Below the pieces are notes generated by a model. It had not been told where the DNA came from. It saw nothing but the letters and a program-made list of their open reading frames with translations, and searched no databases. The position numbers and the translations under genes are program-made. From Gemmatimonadales bacterium (GTDB taxonomy: Bacteria; Gemmatimonadota; Gemmatimonadetes; Gemmatimonadales; GWC2-71-9): 61,584 bases of DNA. Location of the stretch: the NCBI GenBank assembly GCA_037916975.1, contig JBAIWX010000009.1:1-61584 (forward strand), in the 5' to 3' direction. Every line of letters begins with the position of its first letter. Within the stretch, counting starts at the first letter, position 1. Below, one piece after another: positions 52,437-61,584 of this stretch.

Positions 52437-53486
52437 ATGGGGCCGGTCGAGTCCGTCGAGCACCTGGTGGTGGGCGCCGGCCCCGCCGGCCTGCGCGCGG
52501 CGCAGGTCCTCGCCGAGGCGGGGCGCGAGGTGCTCGTCGCCGAGAGGAACGCCGAGGTGGGGCCCAAGACCTGCGCCGGCGGGCTCACGGTGAAGTGCGT
52601 GCGCGAGCTCGCGGCGCTGGGCCTCCCCGACGACGTCGGCCTCACGAGCGTGGGCCACGCCGCGTTCAGCCGCGGCGACGCGATCGCCCTCGACCCCGAC
52701 CTCTGCGCCGTCCGCACCGTCGCACGCCGCACCCTCGGCCGGTACCAGCTCGAGTGGACGCGCCGGGCCGGTGCGGAGGTCCGTACCGGCACGGCGGTGC
52801 ACCACCTCGACCTCGCGGCGCGCACCGCGCAGGTCGGCGACCGCACCATCCGCTGGACCCACCTCGTCGGCGCCGACGGCAGCGAGTCGCGCGTGCGCCA
52901 CGCCCTCGGCCTCCCCGCCCCGCGCGCCTACTTCGCCTGCGAGTACAACGTCCCCGGCGTCCGGCTCGGGCCGCTCCGCGTCGAGTGCGACCCGGTCGCC
53001 TTCGCGAACGGCTACTTCTGGGTCTTTCCCCACGAGGACTACACCTCGATCGGGTGCGGTGCGCCGAAGCACCAGGTGCGGCCCGCCGACCTCCACCGCG
53101 AGCTCGACCGGCGGATGGACGCCCTCGGCCTGGCCTCCGACGCCGCGCCCTTCGAGGGGGCGACGATCGAGGTGGACTTTCGCGGCACCGACTTCCCCGG
53201 CAACGTCCATCTCGTAGGCGACGCGGCGGGGCTGCCGTCGTCACTCACGGCGGAGGGGATCTACGCGGCACTGGTGAGCGGAGAGGCGGTGGCGCGGCGG
53301 ATCCTCGAGCCGGGCCATCCCGCGCCGGCGCTCCGCCGCTGGCTCCGGGTCAAGCGCCGGCACGACGCCCTCGCGACGCTCCTCGGCGCGAAGGCGGTGC
53401 GAGTGGCGCTCCTGCCGGTGTTCCAGGCGCTCGCGGCGCTGCCGCCGCTCCGCCGGGCGATGGCGCGCTTCTACCTGGGCGGCTGA
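52437..53486 (+). CDS. FAD-dependent oxidoreductase, geranylgeranyl-reductase family
   Basis: VVGAGPAGLRAAQVLAEAGREVLVAERN, CAGGL, VGADGSESRVR, LVGDAAGL. Confidence 0.8.
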   Translation: MGPVESVEHLVVGAGPAGLRAAQVLAEAGREVLVAERNAEVGPKTCAGGLTVKCVRELAALGLPDDVGLTSVGHAAFSRGDAIALDPDLCAVRTVARRTLGRYQLEWTRRAGAEVRTGTAVHHLDLAARTAQVGDRTIRWTHLVGADGSESRVRHALGLPAPRAYFACEYNVPGVRLGPLRVECDPVAFANGYFWVFPHEDYTSIGCGAPKHQVRPADLHRELDRRMDALGLASDAAPFEGATIEVDFRGTDFPGNVHLVGDAAGLPSSLTAEGIYAALVSGEAVARRILEPGHPAPALRRWLRVKRRHDALATLLGAKAVRVALLPVFQALAALPPLRRAMARFYLGG

Positions 53487-54091
53487 GCGGCCCGGCGCGC
53501 GGGGAAGGCGAGCCGCACCCCGATCGCGGCGAGGAGGACGAGCGCCGCGAGGCCCACCGCACCGAGGATGCGGTCCAGGGTCGCGACGCCGGTCCACTGC
53601 AGGTAGTGGATGCGGTACAGGAGGTCGATGCGGTCGGTGTCGCGGCCGCGCTGGGACAGGGTGAGCGCGGGCCAGTCGAGGGTGATGCGGGCACCGGTGC
53701 TGGTGCGCACCGTGTCCCCGTCCACGGCGGTGATGCTCCCGTAGCGTGCGCGGTCGGCGGCGATCGCGTCGTCCACGAGGCGCCGCACGTCGTCGGCGCC
53801 CGGCCGCGGGCGCGGCGCGCTCGTCTCCGGATCCACCTGCCGCCAGCCGCCGCCGTCCCGCACCAGCAGGTGGAGCCCGAGTACGGTCCGGAGCATCCGC
53901 GTCTCGCGCCACGCCGTGTCGGGGACGGCGATCTGCATCGCCTCGAGCGGGTAGCGCCGCACCGTGAGCGGCGCGTACGCCGCGCCGTAGCCCGGCTTGA
54001 GGAAGAAGACGAGCCCCGTCGCCGCCCACCCGAGCATCGGGAGGAGGAGCACGAGGCCGAGGAGGCGGTGGAGGCGGCGGGGCGCGGTCAC
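53471..54091 (-). CDS. PepSY-associated-TM-helix-like membrane protein
   Basis: I prefer the GTG at 54091 because the longer track ORF would overlap the thiolase start. It carries RRLHRLLGLVLLLPMLGWAATGLVFFLKPGY and a C-terminal TM segment ILGAVGLAALVLLAAIGVRL. Confidence 0.5.
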   Translation of the reverse strand: MTAPRRLHRLLGLVLLLPMLGWAATGLVFFLKPGYGAAYAPLTVRRYPLEAMQIAVPDTAWRETRMLRTVLGLHLLVRDGGGWRQVDPETSAPRPRPGADDVRRLVDDAIAADRARYGSITAVDGDTVRTSTGARITLDWPALTLSQRGRDTDRIDLLYRIHYLQWTGVATLDRILGAVGLAALVLLAAIGVRLAFPARRAAQPPR

Positions 54092-54095
54092 GGGC

Positions 54096-54111
54096 GGGAA
54101 TCTATATTCCC
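54096..54111. promoter_or_regulatory. Perfect palindrome overlapping a TATATT box in a divergent promoter region (operator candidate)
   Basis: GGGAAT-CTAT-ATTCCC. A GGGATTCCCC half-site-like repeat lies 13 nt downstream. Confidence 0.35.
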
Positions 54112-54158
54112 CGGGTGCGCCGGGATTCCCCCGGCGCCGGATCGCACGGACCCGTCGC

Positions 54159-55358
54159 ATGTCCTCCCCCGACATCGTCTTCCTGAGCGCCGTCCGCACC
54201 GGCTTCGGCACCTTCGGCGGCACGCTCAAGGACTTCTCCGCCACCGAGCTCGCCACCCTCGCCGCCACCGAGGCGATCGCCCGGAGCGGCCTCGCCGCCG
54301 ACGACGTGGGCCACGTCATCGTCGGCAACGCGCAGCAGACCTCCGCCGACGCCATCTACCTCGCCCGCCACGTCGGCCTCGGGGCGGGCTGCCGCATCGA
54401 GACCCCCGCCGTCACGGTGAACCGCCTCTGCGGCTCCGGGTTCGAGGCGGTGGTCCAGGGGGCGCAGCGGATCCTGCTGGGCGAGTGCCGCGCGGTGCTC
54501 GCCGCCGGGACGGAGAGCATGAGCCAGGCGCCGCACGTCGTGCGCGGCGCGCGCTGGGGGATCCGCTTCGGGCAGTCGCCGCCGTTCGAGGACTCGCTCG
54601 CGCAGGCGCTCACCGACTCCTGGTGCCGGCTCCCGATGGCGGAGACGGCGGAGAACCTGGCGCGGCAGTACGGCATCTCGCGCGAGGACTGCGACCGCTT
54701 CGCGCTCCAGAGCCAGGAGCGCGCGCGCGACGCCTGGGCCGCCGGCACCTTCGCCGAGGAGGTGATTCCCGTCCCCGTTCCCGACCGGAAGACGAAGCAG
54801 CCCGCGCCCTGGGCGGCGGACGAGCACATCCGGCCGGCGACCACGCTCGAGTCGCTCGCGAAGCTGGCCCCCGCCTTCCGGAAGGACGGGATCGTGACCG
54901 CGGGGAACGCCTCCGGCATCAACGACGGCGCGGCGGCCCTCGTCGTCGCGGACGCGGCGCTCGCGCGGGAGCGGGGCCTGAAACCGCTCGGCCGGCTCGT
55001 CTCGTACGCGGTGGCGGGCGTGGACCCGTCCGTCATGGGGATCGGCCCGGCGCCGGCGGCCCGCGAGGCGCTGGCCCGTGCGGGGCTCGCGCTCGCGGCG
55101 ATGGACCTCGTGGAGGTGAACGAGGCCTTCGCCGCGCAGTACCTCGCGGTCGAGCAGGAGCTGGGGCTCGACCGCACGCGCACCAACGTGCACGGCGGGG
55201 CGATCGCGATCGGCCACCCGCTCGGTGCCAGCGGCGCCCGGATCACCGCGCACCTGCTCCACGCGCTCCGGCGCACCGGCGGCCGCTACGGCCTCGGCAG
55301 CGCCTGCATCGGCGGCGGCCAGGGGATCGCCGTCGTCGTCGAGTCGCTCCCGGCCTGA
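54159..55358 (+). CDS. Acetyl-CoA C-acetyltransferase (thiolase II)
   Basis: IVFLSAVRTGFGTFGG, VNRLCGSG (nucleophile Cys), NVHGGAIAIGHPLGASGARI, GLGSACIGGGQGIA. Confidence 0.9.
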   Translation: MSSPDIVFLSAVRTGFGTFGGTLKDFSATELATLAATEAIARSGLAADDVGHVIVGNAQQTSADAIYLARHVGLGAGCRIETPAVTVNRLCGSGFEAVVQGAQRILLGECRAVLAAGTESMSQAPHVVRGARWGIRFGQSPPFEDSLAQALTDSWCRLPMAETAENLARQYGISREDCDRFALQSQERARDAWAAGTFAEEVIPVPVPDRKTKQPAPWAADEHIRPATTLESLAKLAPAFRKDGIVTAGNASGINDGAAALVVADAALARERGLKPLGRLVSYAVAGVDPSVMGIGPAPAAREALARAGLALAAMDLVEVNEAFAAQYLAVEQELGLDRTRTNVHGGAIAIGHPLGASGARITAHLLHALRRTGGRYGLGSACIGGGQGIAVVVESLPA

Positions 55359-55370
55359 GGGGAGGGCCCC

Positions 55371-56291
55371 ATGGAAGTGCTCATCGGCCTGCTCGCCATC
55401 GCGGTGGGCTACACCTTCGGCAGCCTGCGCGTGCTCAAGCAGTACGAGCGCGGCGTGACCTTCTTCCTCGGCCGCTACTGGGGCACGAAGGGGCCGGGGC
55501 TCGTCTTCCTCCCCTTCGGCTTCGCGCACCAGAAGCGGGTGTCGCTCCGCATCGTGGCGCTCGACATCCCGCCGCAGGACGTGATCACCCGCGACAACGT
55601 CTCGGTCAAGGTGAACGCCGTCCTCTACATGCGGGTGGGGGACCCCGCCAAGGCCGTCATCGAGATCGAGGACCACCTCTACGCCACGAGCCAGCTCGCG
55701 CAGACCACGCTCCGCTCGGTGCTGGGCGAAGTCGAGCTCGACGAGCTCCTCGCCGACCGCGAGAAGATCAACGCTGTCCTCAAGAAGATCATCGACGAGC
55801 GCACCGACCCGTGGGGCATCGACGTCTCCGCCGTCGAGGTGAAGGACGTCCTCCTCCCCGACCAGCTCAAGCGCGCGATGGCCCTCCAGGCCGAGGCCGA
55901 GCGCGAGCGGCGCGCCAAGGTGATCGCGGCGCAGGGCGAGCTGCAGGCCTCGGAGACGCTCGCCCAGGCGGCGCGCACCCTCGCCACGGAGCCCACGTCG
56001 CTCCAGCTCCGCTACCTGCAGACGGTGACCGAGATCGCCGCCGAGAACAACTCGACGACGATCTTCCCGCTCCCGATCGAGCTCTTCCGGCCGTTCCTGC
56101 AGGCGGCGCAGGGCGGGCTCGCCGGCGGGCTCCCGCAGGTGCGCGCAGCCGCGCCGGCCGCGATCCCCGCCCCCGCCCCGGGCGGGCTGCCCCCCGCCGA
56201 GTCCCCGATGGCGGCGGCCGAGATCATGGACCTGATGCAGCAGCTCCGCGCGGAGGCGGCGGCCCGCTCGGCCACGAAGGGCGATGACTGA
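55371..56291 (+). CDS. SPFH/Band-7 (stomatin-like) protein
   Basis: N-terminal TM segment, [58 protein letters not shown]. Confidence 0.9.
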   Translation: MEVLIGLLAIAVGYTFGSLRVLKQYERGVTFFLGRYWGTKGPGLVFLPFGFAHQKRVSLRIVALDIPPQDVITRDNVSVKVNAVLYMRVGDPAKAVIEIEDHLYATSQLAQTTLRSVLGEVELDELLADREKINAVLKKIIDERTDPWGIDVSAVEVKDVLLPDQLKRAMALQAEAERERRAKVIAAQGELQASETLAQAARTLATEPTSLQLRYLQTVTEIAAENNSTTIFPLPIELFRPFLQAAQGGLAGGLPQVRAAAPAAIPAPAPGGLPPAESPMAAAEIMDLMQQLRAEAAARSATKGDD

Positions 56292-57144
56292 GCGGCTCCC
56301 CGCCCGCTTCGAGCGCGCGCAGCTCGAGCGCATCCTCCAGCGCGCCGCGGAACTCCAGGCGGGGGAGCGGGAGCTGGGCGAGGTGCTCACCCCCGAGGAG
56401 GTGCTGGCCCTGGGCAAGGAGGTCGGCATCCCCGACCGCTACCTGCGCCAGGCGATCCTCGAGGAGACGACCCGCGCCCCGCTCGCCGAGGCGGAGGGGT
56501 GGCTCGACGAGGTGAGCGGCCCGGGGACGGTCCGCGCCGAGCGCGTGGTGCTGGGGGAGGTCGAGGCGGTGGAGGCGGCGCTCCTCCGGCGGATGGAGGA
56601 CGAGGTCTTCCGCGTGCAGCGGCAGGTCGGGGGGCGCATCACCTGGGAGCCGCGGAGCGGCTGGCACGCCCTCGTGCGGCAGGTGTCCGGCGAGGGCGGC
56701 CGGATGCTGGACAAGGCGAGCCTCGTCGGCGCGACGATCACCCCGCTCGAGCCCGGCTACGTGCACGTTGCGCTCACCGCCGAGCTGCGGGAGCGCCGCG
56801 GCCAGTACGTCGGCGGCGCCGCCGCGCTCGCGAGCACCGGTCTCGCCGCCACCACCGTCCTGGCGGCGCTCCACGCCTTCTGGGGCGTGATGGTGCTCCC
56901 GCTCCCGTTCGGGCTCGTCTTCGCGTGGACCGCGCTCCGCGCCTTCCGCCCCGTCGCGGAGCGGGCGCAGCTCGGCCTCGAGGTGATCCTCGACCACCTC
57001 GAGCGCGGCGCCGCCAAGCCGGCGCACGTGACGCCGCCGCGGGGGAGCGGGCTGCTCGAACAGGTCGCCACCGAGATCCGCCGCGCCCTCGAGGCCCCGC
57101 GGACTCCGCGCCCGCGCTCCGACGGCGGGACGCCCCCGCGGTGA
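56284..57144 (+). CDS. Hypothetical membrane protein coupled to the SPFH gene
   Basis: 8-nt overlap with the SPFH gene. It has a soluble N-terminal part and two adjacent TM segments ([37 protein letters not shown]). Confidence 0.55.
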   Translation: MTERLPARFERAQLERILQRAAELQAGERELGEVLTPEEVLALGKEVGIPDRYLRQAILEETTRAPLAEAEGWLDEVSGPGTVRAERVVLGEVEAVEAALLRRMEDEVFRVQRQVGGRITWEPRSGWHALVRQVSGEGGRMLDKASLVGATITPLEPGYVHVALTAELRERRGQYVGGAAALASTGLAATTVLAALHAFWGVMVLPLPFGLVFAWTALRAFRPVAERAQLGLEVILDHLERGAAKPAHVTPPRGSGLLEQVATEIRRALEAPRTPRPRSDGGTPPR

Positions 57145-58043
57145 CGGCGCCCGGCCCCATCCCCGGCCTCACCTGCGTCGGCGTCGCCGGCGCGGGACAG
57201 ATGGGGAGCGGCATCGCGCAGGTGGCGGCGGCCGCCGGCTACGCCACCGTGGTGCGGGACGTGGACGCCGCCGGGCTCGAGCGGGCGCGCGCCGGGATCG
57301 CGAAGTCCCTCGGCAAGCTGGTCGAGAAGGGCCAACTCGACGCCGCCACGCGGGACGCCGCCCTGGGCCGCCTCACCTTCACCACCGACCTCGGCGCCCT
57401 GGGCGCGGCCGGCCTCGTGATCGAGGCGATCCCCGAGGAGCTCGGGCTCAAGACGGACCTCTTCCGCGCCCTCGACGCCCGCTGCGCGCCGGACGCGATC
57501 TTCGCCACCAACACCTCGAGCCTCACCGTCGCCGCCATGGCGGCGGCGAGCGGCCGCCCCGACCGGTTCGCCGGGCTCCACTTCTTCAATCCCGTCCCGC
57601 TGATGCCGCTGGTCGAGGTGGTCCGCTGCGTCACCACGAGCGACGCCACCCACGCCCGCGCGCTCGCCTTCGCGCGGAGCCTCGGCAAGACCGCCATCGA
57701 GGCGCGGGACGCGAGCGGGTTCGTCGTGAACCTCCTCCTCGTCCCCTACCTGCTCGACGCAGTGCGGGCCTACGAGCGGGGGGTCGGGACGATCGCGGAC
57801 ATCGACGCGGGGATGACGCTGGGCTGCGGGCACCCGATGGGGCCGTTGACCCTGCTGGACTTCGTGGGGCTCGACACGGTGGTGAAGATCGGCGAGATCA
57901 TGTTCGACGAGTACCGCGAGGCGCGCTACGCCCCGCCGCCGCTCCTCCGGCGCATGGTGCTCGCCGGCTGGCTCGGCCGGAAGAGCGGGCGCGGCTTCTA
58001 CGACTGGTCGGCGACGCCGCCCCGCCCGGTGGAGGTCCGGTGA
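57141..58043 (+). CDS. 3-hydroxyacyl/3-hydroxybutyryl-CoA dehydrogenase
   Basis: GTGA overlap with the upstream gene. It carries VGVAGAGQMGSGIA, IEAIPEELGLK, NTSSL, HFFNPVPLMPLVEV and GFVVNLLLVPYL. Confidence 0.9.
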   Translation: MTAPGPIPGLTCVGVAGAGQMGSGIAQVAAAAGYATVVRDVDAAGLERARAGIAKSLGKLVEKGQLDAATRDAALGRLTFTTDLGALGAAGLVIEAIPEELGLKTDLFRALDARCAPDAIFATNTSSLTVAAMAAASGRPDRFAGLHFFNPVPLMPLVEVVRCVTTSDATHARALAFARSLGKTAIEARDASGFVVNLLLVPYLLDAVRAYERGVGTIADIDAGMTLGCGHPMGPLTLLDFVGLDTVVKIGEIMFDEYREARYAPPPLLRRMVLAGWLGRKSGRGFYDWSATPPRPVEVR

Positions 58044-58534
58044 TCCGGCGCGCCCCGCTGCTCCTGGCGGCGCTCCTCGTCGCCTGTGACCCCACCTCGC
58101 TGCGGCCCGCCTTCAGCCCGGTACCCGAGGCGCAGAAGGTCGAGACCCGCTTCCGCATCGTCCCCGCCACCGACCGCCTCGCGAAGGCGCTCCAGGACCA
58201 CGACATCCCGCTCACCACCATCGCGCTCCGCGACGGCTACGTCGAGTCGCCGTGGATCGACACCACCACCATGAGTGCCACCACCGCACGTCCCCTCGGC
58301 GAGGGCGTGGTGCGGGTCCGCGGGTGGGTGACCCCCGGGCAGCTGGGCTACAGCTTCCTGACGGTGGAGGTGGTCTACCGGAAGGTGGTGGACCCGAGCC
58401 TGCCGGGACGCGAGCTCGACGTGCCGGTGCCCGACAGCCACCCGGTCCGCAAGCGCGTCGCCGAGGCGCTCGAGGGACTCAAGTCGAAGCGGACCGCGAC
58501 GCCGCCCGTGCCCGCGCCCGCCGCCGCCGACTGA
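58040..58534 (+). CDS. Hypothetical lipoprotein
   Basis: GTGA overlap with the upstream gene. It starts MIRRAPLLLAALLVAC (lipobox). Confidence 0.55.
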   Translation: MIRRAPLLLAALLVACDPTSLRPAFSPVPEAQKVETRFRIVPATDRLAKALQDHDIPLTTIALRDGYVESPWIDTTTMSATTARPLGEGVVRVRGWVTPGQLGYSFLTVEVVYRKVVDPSLPGRELDVPVPDSHPVRKRVAEALEGLKSKRTATPPVPAPAAAD

Positions 58535-58570
58535 CGCGCCCGGACGCAACTCGGCGGGCTTGCCCGCGCG

Positions 58571-59050
58571 TCAGTGCTGCCGGTAGAACCGCCCCGGCCC
58601 CGCAGTCCCGTACATCTCGACCTTCCACCAGAGCGGCGTGAGCGAGTCGGGGAACGCGGTGAACCGTACCCGCTCCCCCGTCGGCGTCCCGTCGGGCCGG
58701 GTGAACTTCACCACCAGCTCGTTGTCCTCGAGGTACCAGGTCGCCGGCTGCTCCACCGGGCCCTTGCCCAGGACCTCGGTGCGGAGCGTGGCGTGGCTGT
58801 CGGGGCCGAGGAAGAGTTCGCGCACGAGGCCCCGGACGTCGGCGGCGCGGAGCGTGTCGGTGCGCCAGACCCCGTCCATCGGCGGGAGGGGGATCGTGTC
58901 CGGCTGGTAGGCGGGGTAGATGGACGCCGCCGGCTTCTCCGGCCAGCGTGGCGTGCGGCCGCGGTTGCGTTCGAGCTCGGAGCTGGCAGGGAGGCAGGCG
59001 GCGGCCGCGAGGGCGGCGAGGACGAGCGGGAGGGTGCGGGGACCGGCCAT
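58571..59050 (-). CDS. Hypothetical lipoprotein
   Basis: ATG 59050 gives MAGPRTLPLVLAALAAAAC (lipobox). Its start overlaps the stop of the DUF116-like gene (TGATG). Confidence 0.55.
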   Translation of the reverse strand: MAGPRTLPLVLAALAAAACLPASSELERNRGRTPRWPEKPAASIYPAYQPDTIPLPPMDGVWRTDTLRAADVRGLVRELFLGPDSHATLRTEVLGKGPVEQPATWYLEDNELVVKFTRPDGTPTGERVRFTAFPDSLTPLWWKVEMYGTAGPGRFYRQH

Positions 59051-59844
59051 CAGGCGACGTAGCTCTTCACCCACTCCTCGAAGTGCGCGAGGTCGAGGAG
59101 CGCGTCCTTGCAGGGGCCTGCGGGGAGCGTCATCGTGAGGCCGAGCACCGGGACCTTGTCGGCCACGTCGTGCAGGCCGCTCACCATGTCCCGCTCGCAC
59201 GCCACCGCCACCACCGCGCGCGGCCGCCGCTCGCGGATCACCCGCCGGGCGAGCTGCCCGCGCGTCGCCACGAACACCGGCACCTCGTACTTCCCCGCGA
59301 TCTGGAGCACGCCATCGAGCGTCTCGCGCGAGAGGCAGCGCGGGATGAGGACGAGCAGCTCCCCCTTCCCGACCCTCCGGCCCCGCGCCCGCGCCAGGGC
59401 GTTGTAGACCTTCACCGCCGCGTTCTCCACCCAGTCGCGCCGCCCGAACCGCTCGGCGACCCGCGAGGTGAGCCGCATGAGCCGCAGGAAGGCGCCGCGC
59501 TCCGCCATCGGCTCGGGGAGGATCGGCCGGCGGATGACGTAGGCGAGGAGGATGAGCCCCCACCAGGCCCACACCGTCGCCGTGAACCCGGCGAGCGTGA
59601 CCCAGAGGAAGGACGGCAGCCAGGCGGCGACCCGCTGGAGCTGCGGCTCGAGCAGCCAGACGAGCCCCGCGATGACGGCGAGCCCGACCGCCAGCGAGAC
59701 CGCCGACCACCCGAAGAAGAGCCGGGGGGCGGAGTCGTAGTCGCCGCGGTTGGGCAGCGGCTTCCCGTCCCACTCGTCCCACTCGTGGCCGAGGCGGCGG
59801 TCCACTTCGATATGGATGAGCTGCGCGCGCGGGGAGTCCGACAT
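59050..59844 (-). CDS. DUF116-like membrane protein
   Basis: TM segments are followed by LVLIPRCLSRETL, KYEVPVFVATRGQLARRVI and AVVAVACERDMVSGL. Confidence 0.6.
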   Translation of the reverse strand: MSDSPRAQLIHIEVDRRLGHEWDEWDGKPLPNRGDYDSAPRLFFGWSAVSLAVGLAVIAGLVWLLEPQLQRVAAWLPSFLWVTLAGFTATVWAWWGLILLAYVIRRPILPEPMAERGAFLRLMRLTSRVAERFGRRDWVENAAVKVYNALARARGRRVGKGELLVLIPRCLSRETLDGVLQIAGKYEVPVFVATRGQLARRVIRERRPRAVVAVACERDMVSGLHDVADKVPVLGLTMTLPAGPCKDALLDLAHFEEWVKSYVA

Positions 59845-59913
59845 AGGCGAGAGAGATAGTCACTGATGCGGCCCCCGTTGGCAAGAGCGGCGCCCGGCCC
59901 GACCTTTCCCCCC

Positions 59914-61560
59914 ATGCCCGCCCGCCCGCCCATCCGCGGCACCGTCCGCACCGACGAGCGCGCCCGCGCCGCCTACGCCGAGGGCGCGGGGATCTACCGC
60001 ATCGTGCCGGCGATGGCGTGCGTCCCCGCCGACGAGGCCGACGTCGCGGCGCTGCTCCGCTGGGCGTCGGCCGAGGGCGTGGCCCTCGTCCCGCGCGGCG
60101 CGGGGAGCGCCATGGGCGGCGGCAACGTCGGCGAGGGCGTGGTGGTGGACCTCACGCAGCTCGCGCCGCGCCGGCTTGAGGTGGACGCGAACCGCCGCCG
60201 CGCGCGGACCTCGGCGAACGTGACGCTCCGCGAGCTCGAGGGCGCCGCCGCCCCCCTCGGCCTCCGCATGCCGGTGGATCCCTCGAGCGCCCGGTGGGTG
60301 ACCCTGGGCGGGATGCTCTCGACGAACGCCGCCGGCGCCCGGTCGGTGCGGTGCGGCGCCGTGCGCGCGTGGGTCGAGGGATGCACCCTCGTCACCGCCG
60401 ACGGCGAGCGGCTCGCGCTCGTGCGCGGCGAGGCACCCGAGCCGGCGGTGGCGGCGGTGGCGCGCTTCGCGCGCGACGTGGCGCCCGCGGTGCGCGCCGC
60501 GGCGGCGGAGGTGGCGACGCGCGCCCCGCGCACGCGGAAGAACACCGCGGGCTATGCCCTCGACGCCTGGCTCGCCTCGGGCGACCTGCTCGACCTCGTG
60601 ATCGGCGCCGAGGGGACGCTGGGCGTCGTGACCGACGTGACGTGGCGGCTCGAGCCGTCGCCGGCGGCGCGCCTCGGGCTCCGCGTGGAACTCGACGCGC
60701 TCGACGCGATCGCCCCGGCGGTGCGCACCCTCCTCGCCACCGGGCCCGCGGCGCTCGAGCTCCTCGACCGGACCTTCCTCGACGTGGTCCGCTCGGGCGG
60801 CGCCGGCGACGTCCCCCCCGGCGAGGCGGTGCTCCTCCTCGAGTACGAAGGCGGGAGCGAGGCGGAGGTCCGCGCCGCGGCGGAGGCGGCGGCCGCGGCG
60901 GTGCGGCATCATGCGGCGCGCGTCACCCTGTCGCGGAATGCCGCGGAGACGGCGGCGATCTGGGCGCTCCGCCACGCGGCGAGCCCGATCCTCGCGCGCC
61001 TCCCCGAGACGCGCCGCTCCCTCCAGGTGGTGGAGGACGGCTGCGTCCCCCTCGAGCGGCTGGGCGAGTACCTCGCCCTGCTGCGGGGCGCCGCCGAGCG
61101 GCGCGGGATGCCGATCGTCCTCTTCGGCCACGCCGGCGACGGGCACGTCCACGCGAACCTCCTCCCCGACGTGACGGCACCGGGGTGGGAGCGGCTCGCC
61201 GCGTCGCTCCTCGAGGAGGTGACCGACGGCCTCCTCGCGCTGGGCGGCACCCCCGCGGGAGAGCACGGCGACGGGCGGCTCCGCGCTGGGTTCGTCGAGC
61301 GGCTCTACGGTCCGACGGTGATGGGCCTCTTCCGGCGGCTCAAGGCGGCGTTCGATCCCGCCGGCGTGCTCAATCCCGGCATCAAGCTCCCGGCGCCGGG
61401 CGCGCCGGGCGGTGTCGCGCGGCTCAAGGTCGGCGCCGGCGCCGAGCCGATCCCCGCCGACATCGAGGCGGCGCTCCGCGCGGTCGAGCGCCACGGCGGC
61501 TACGCGACGCCCCGGCTGCTCCTCGCCGACGGCGAGGCGCCGGGCGCCGGGCTCGCCTGA
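59914..61560 (+). CDS. FAD-linked oxidase (GlcD / D-lactate dehydrogenase-like)
   Basis: ATG 59914 gives MPARPPIRG. It carries VALVPRGAGSAMGGGNVGEGVVVDL (FAD_binding_4), GAEGTLGVVTDV, LFGHAGDGHVHANL, GGTPAGEHGDGRLR and FDPAGVLNPG. Confidence 0.85.
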   Translation: MPARPPIRGTVRTDERARAAYAEGAGIYRIVPAMACVPADEADVAALLRWASAEGVALVPRGAGSAMGGGNVGEGVVVDLTQLAPRRLEVDANRRRARTSANVTLRELEGAAAPLGLRMPVDPSSARWVTLGGMLSTNAAGARSVRCGAVRAWVEGCTLVTADGERLALVRGEAPEPAVAAVARFARDVAPAVRAAAAEVATRAPRTRKNTAGYALDAWLASGDLLDLVIGAEGTLGVVTDVTWRLEPSPAARLGLRVELDALDAIAPAVRTLLATGPAALELLDRTFLDVVRSGGAGDVPPGEAVLLLEYEGGSEAEVRAAAEAAAAAVRHHAARVTLSRNAAETAAIWALRHAASPILARLPETRRSLQVVEDGCVPLERLGEYLALLRGAAERRGMPIVLFGHAGDGHVHANLLPDVTAPGWERLAASLLEEVTDGLLALGGTPAGEHGDGRLRAGFVERLYGPTVMGLFRRLKAAFDPAGVLNPGIKLPAPGAPGGVARLKVGAGAEPIPADIEAALRAVERHGGYATPRLLLADGEAPGAGLA

Positions 61561-61584
61561 GGGCGCCCGCGCCGCGCGCGCGGG

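Noticed and set aside
52595-56429. 1230-aa (+) ORF and 775-aa (-) ORF spanning the reductase, thiolase and SPFH region. The same applies to 59860..61494 (-) and 18503..20608 (-).
   Set aside because: They are shifted or antisense frames of genes with unambiguous family motifs (thiolase, SPFH, FAD oxidase, PQQ dehydrogenase).

Overview
This is a very GC-rich, tightly packed bacterial chromosomal segment. The gene content (SusC-like TonB receptor, ECF sigma/HEAT-repeat modules, Big_2-TolB protein, many lipoproteins) suggests a Gemmatimonadota-like organism, but that is inference only. I call about 62 protein-coding genes. Many are linked by 1-8 nt start/stop overlaps such as ATGA/GTGA, which implies operons. 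I recognised no rRNA, tRNA, CRISPR array, transposase, integrase or phage genes. The six-frame track is dominated by long spurious Arg/Pro/Gly/Ala-rich ORFs in antisense or shifted frames. I chose frames from family motifs, signal peptides, SD sequences and high GC3. Main observations: (1) selD (48956..50035) has an in-frame TGA at the catalytic Cys/Sec position with hairpins just downstream, so it is a likely selenoprotein gene that the ORF track truncates. (2) An envelope module at about 28.3-40.3 kb contains an ECF sigma, an anti-sigma, two secreted HEAT-repeat proteins, a DUF5916/CBM9-like outer-membrane protein and three to four paralogous secreted proteins. A promoter-like motif CAACC(T/C)T-N16/17-TCnnA occurs three times in it. 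One copy sits in front of a self-contained 62-codon small ORF bounded by a strong SD and a perfect palindrome. (3) A small secreted 6-Cys peptide gene (29437..29700) is translationally coupled to a lipoprotein gene. (4) A 1041-aa secreted protein carries two cardiolipin-synthase/PLD-like HKD motifs, one of them split by about 90 residues. (5) The SusC-like receptor has a roughly 370-nt leader with a hairpin+U5 attenuator-like element. Other points of note are a histone-H1-like KKAA-repeat protein, a Ni/Co-type transporter with a roughly 40% His loop, a YciI-cupin fusion, and several long GC-only palindromes acting as probable terminators. All functional calls come from reading the translations; no database search was run.
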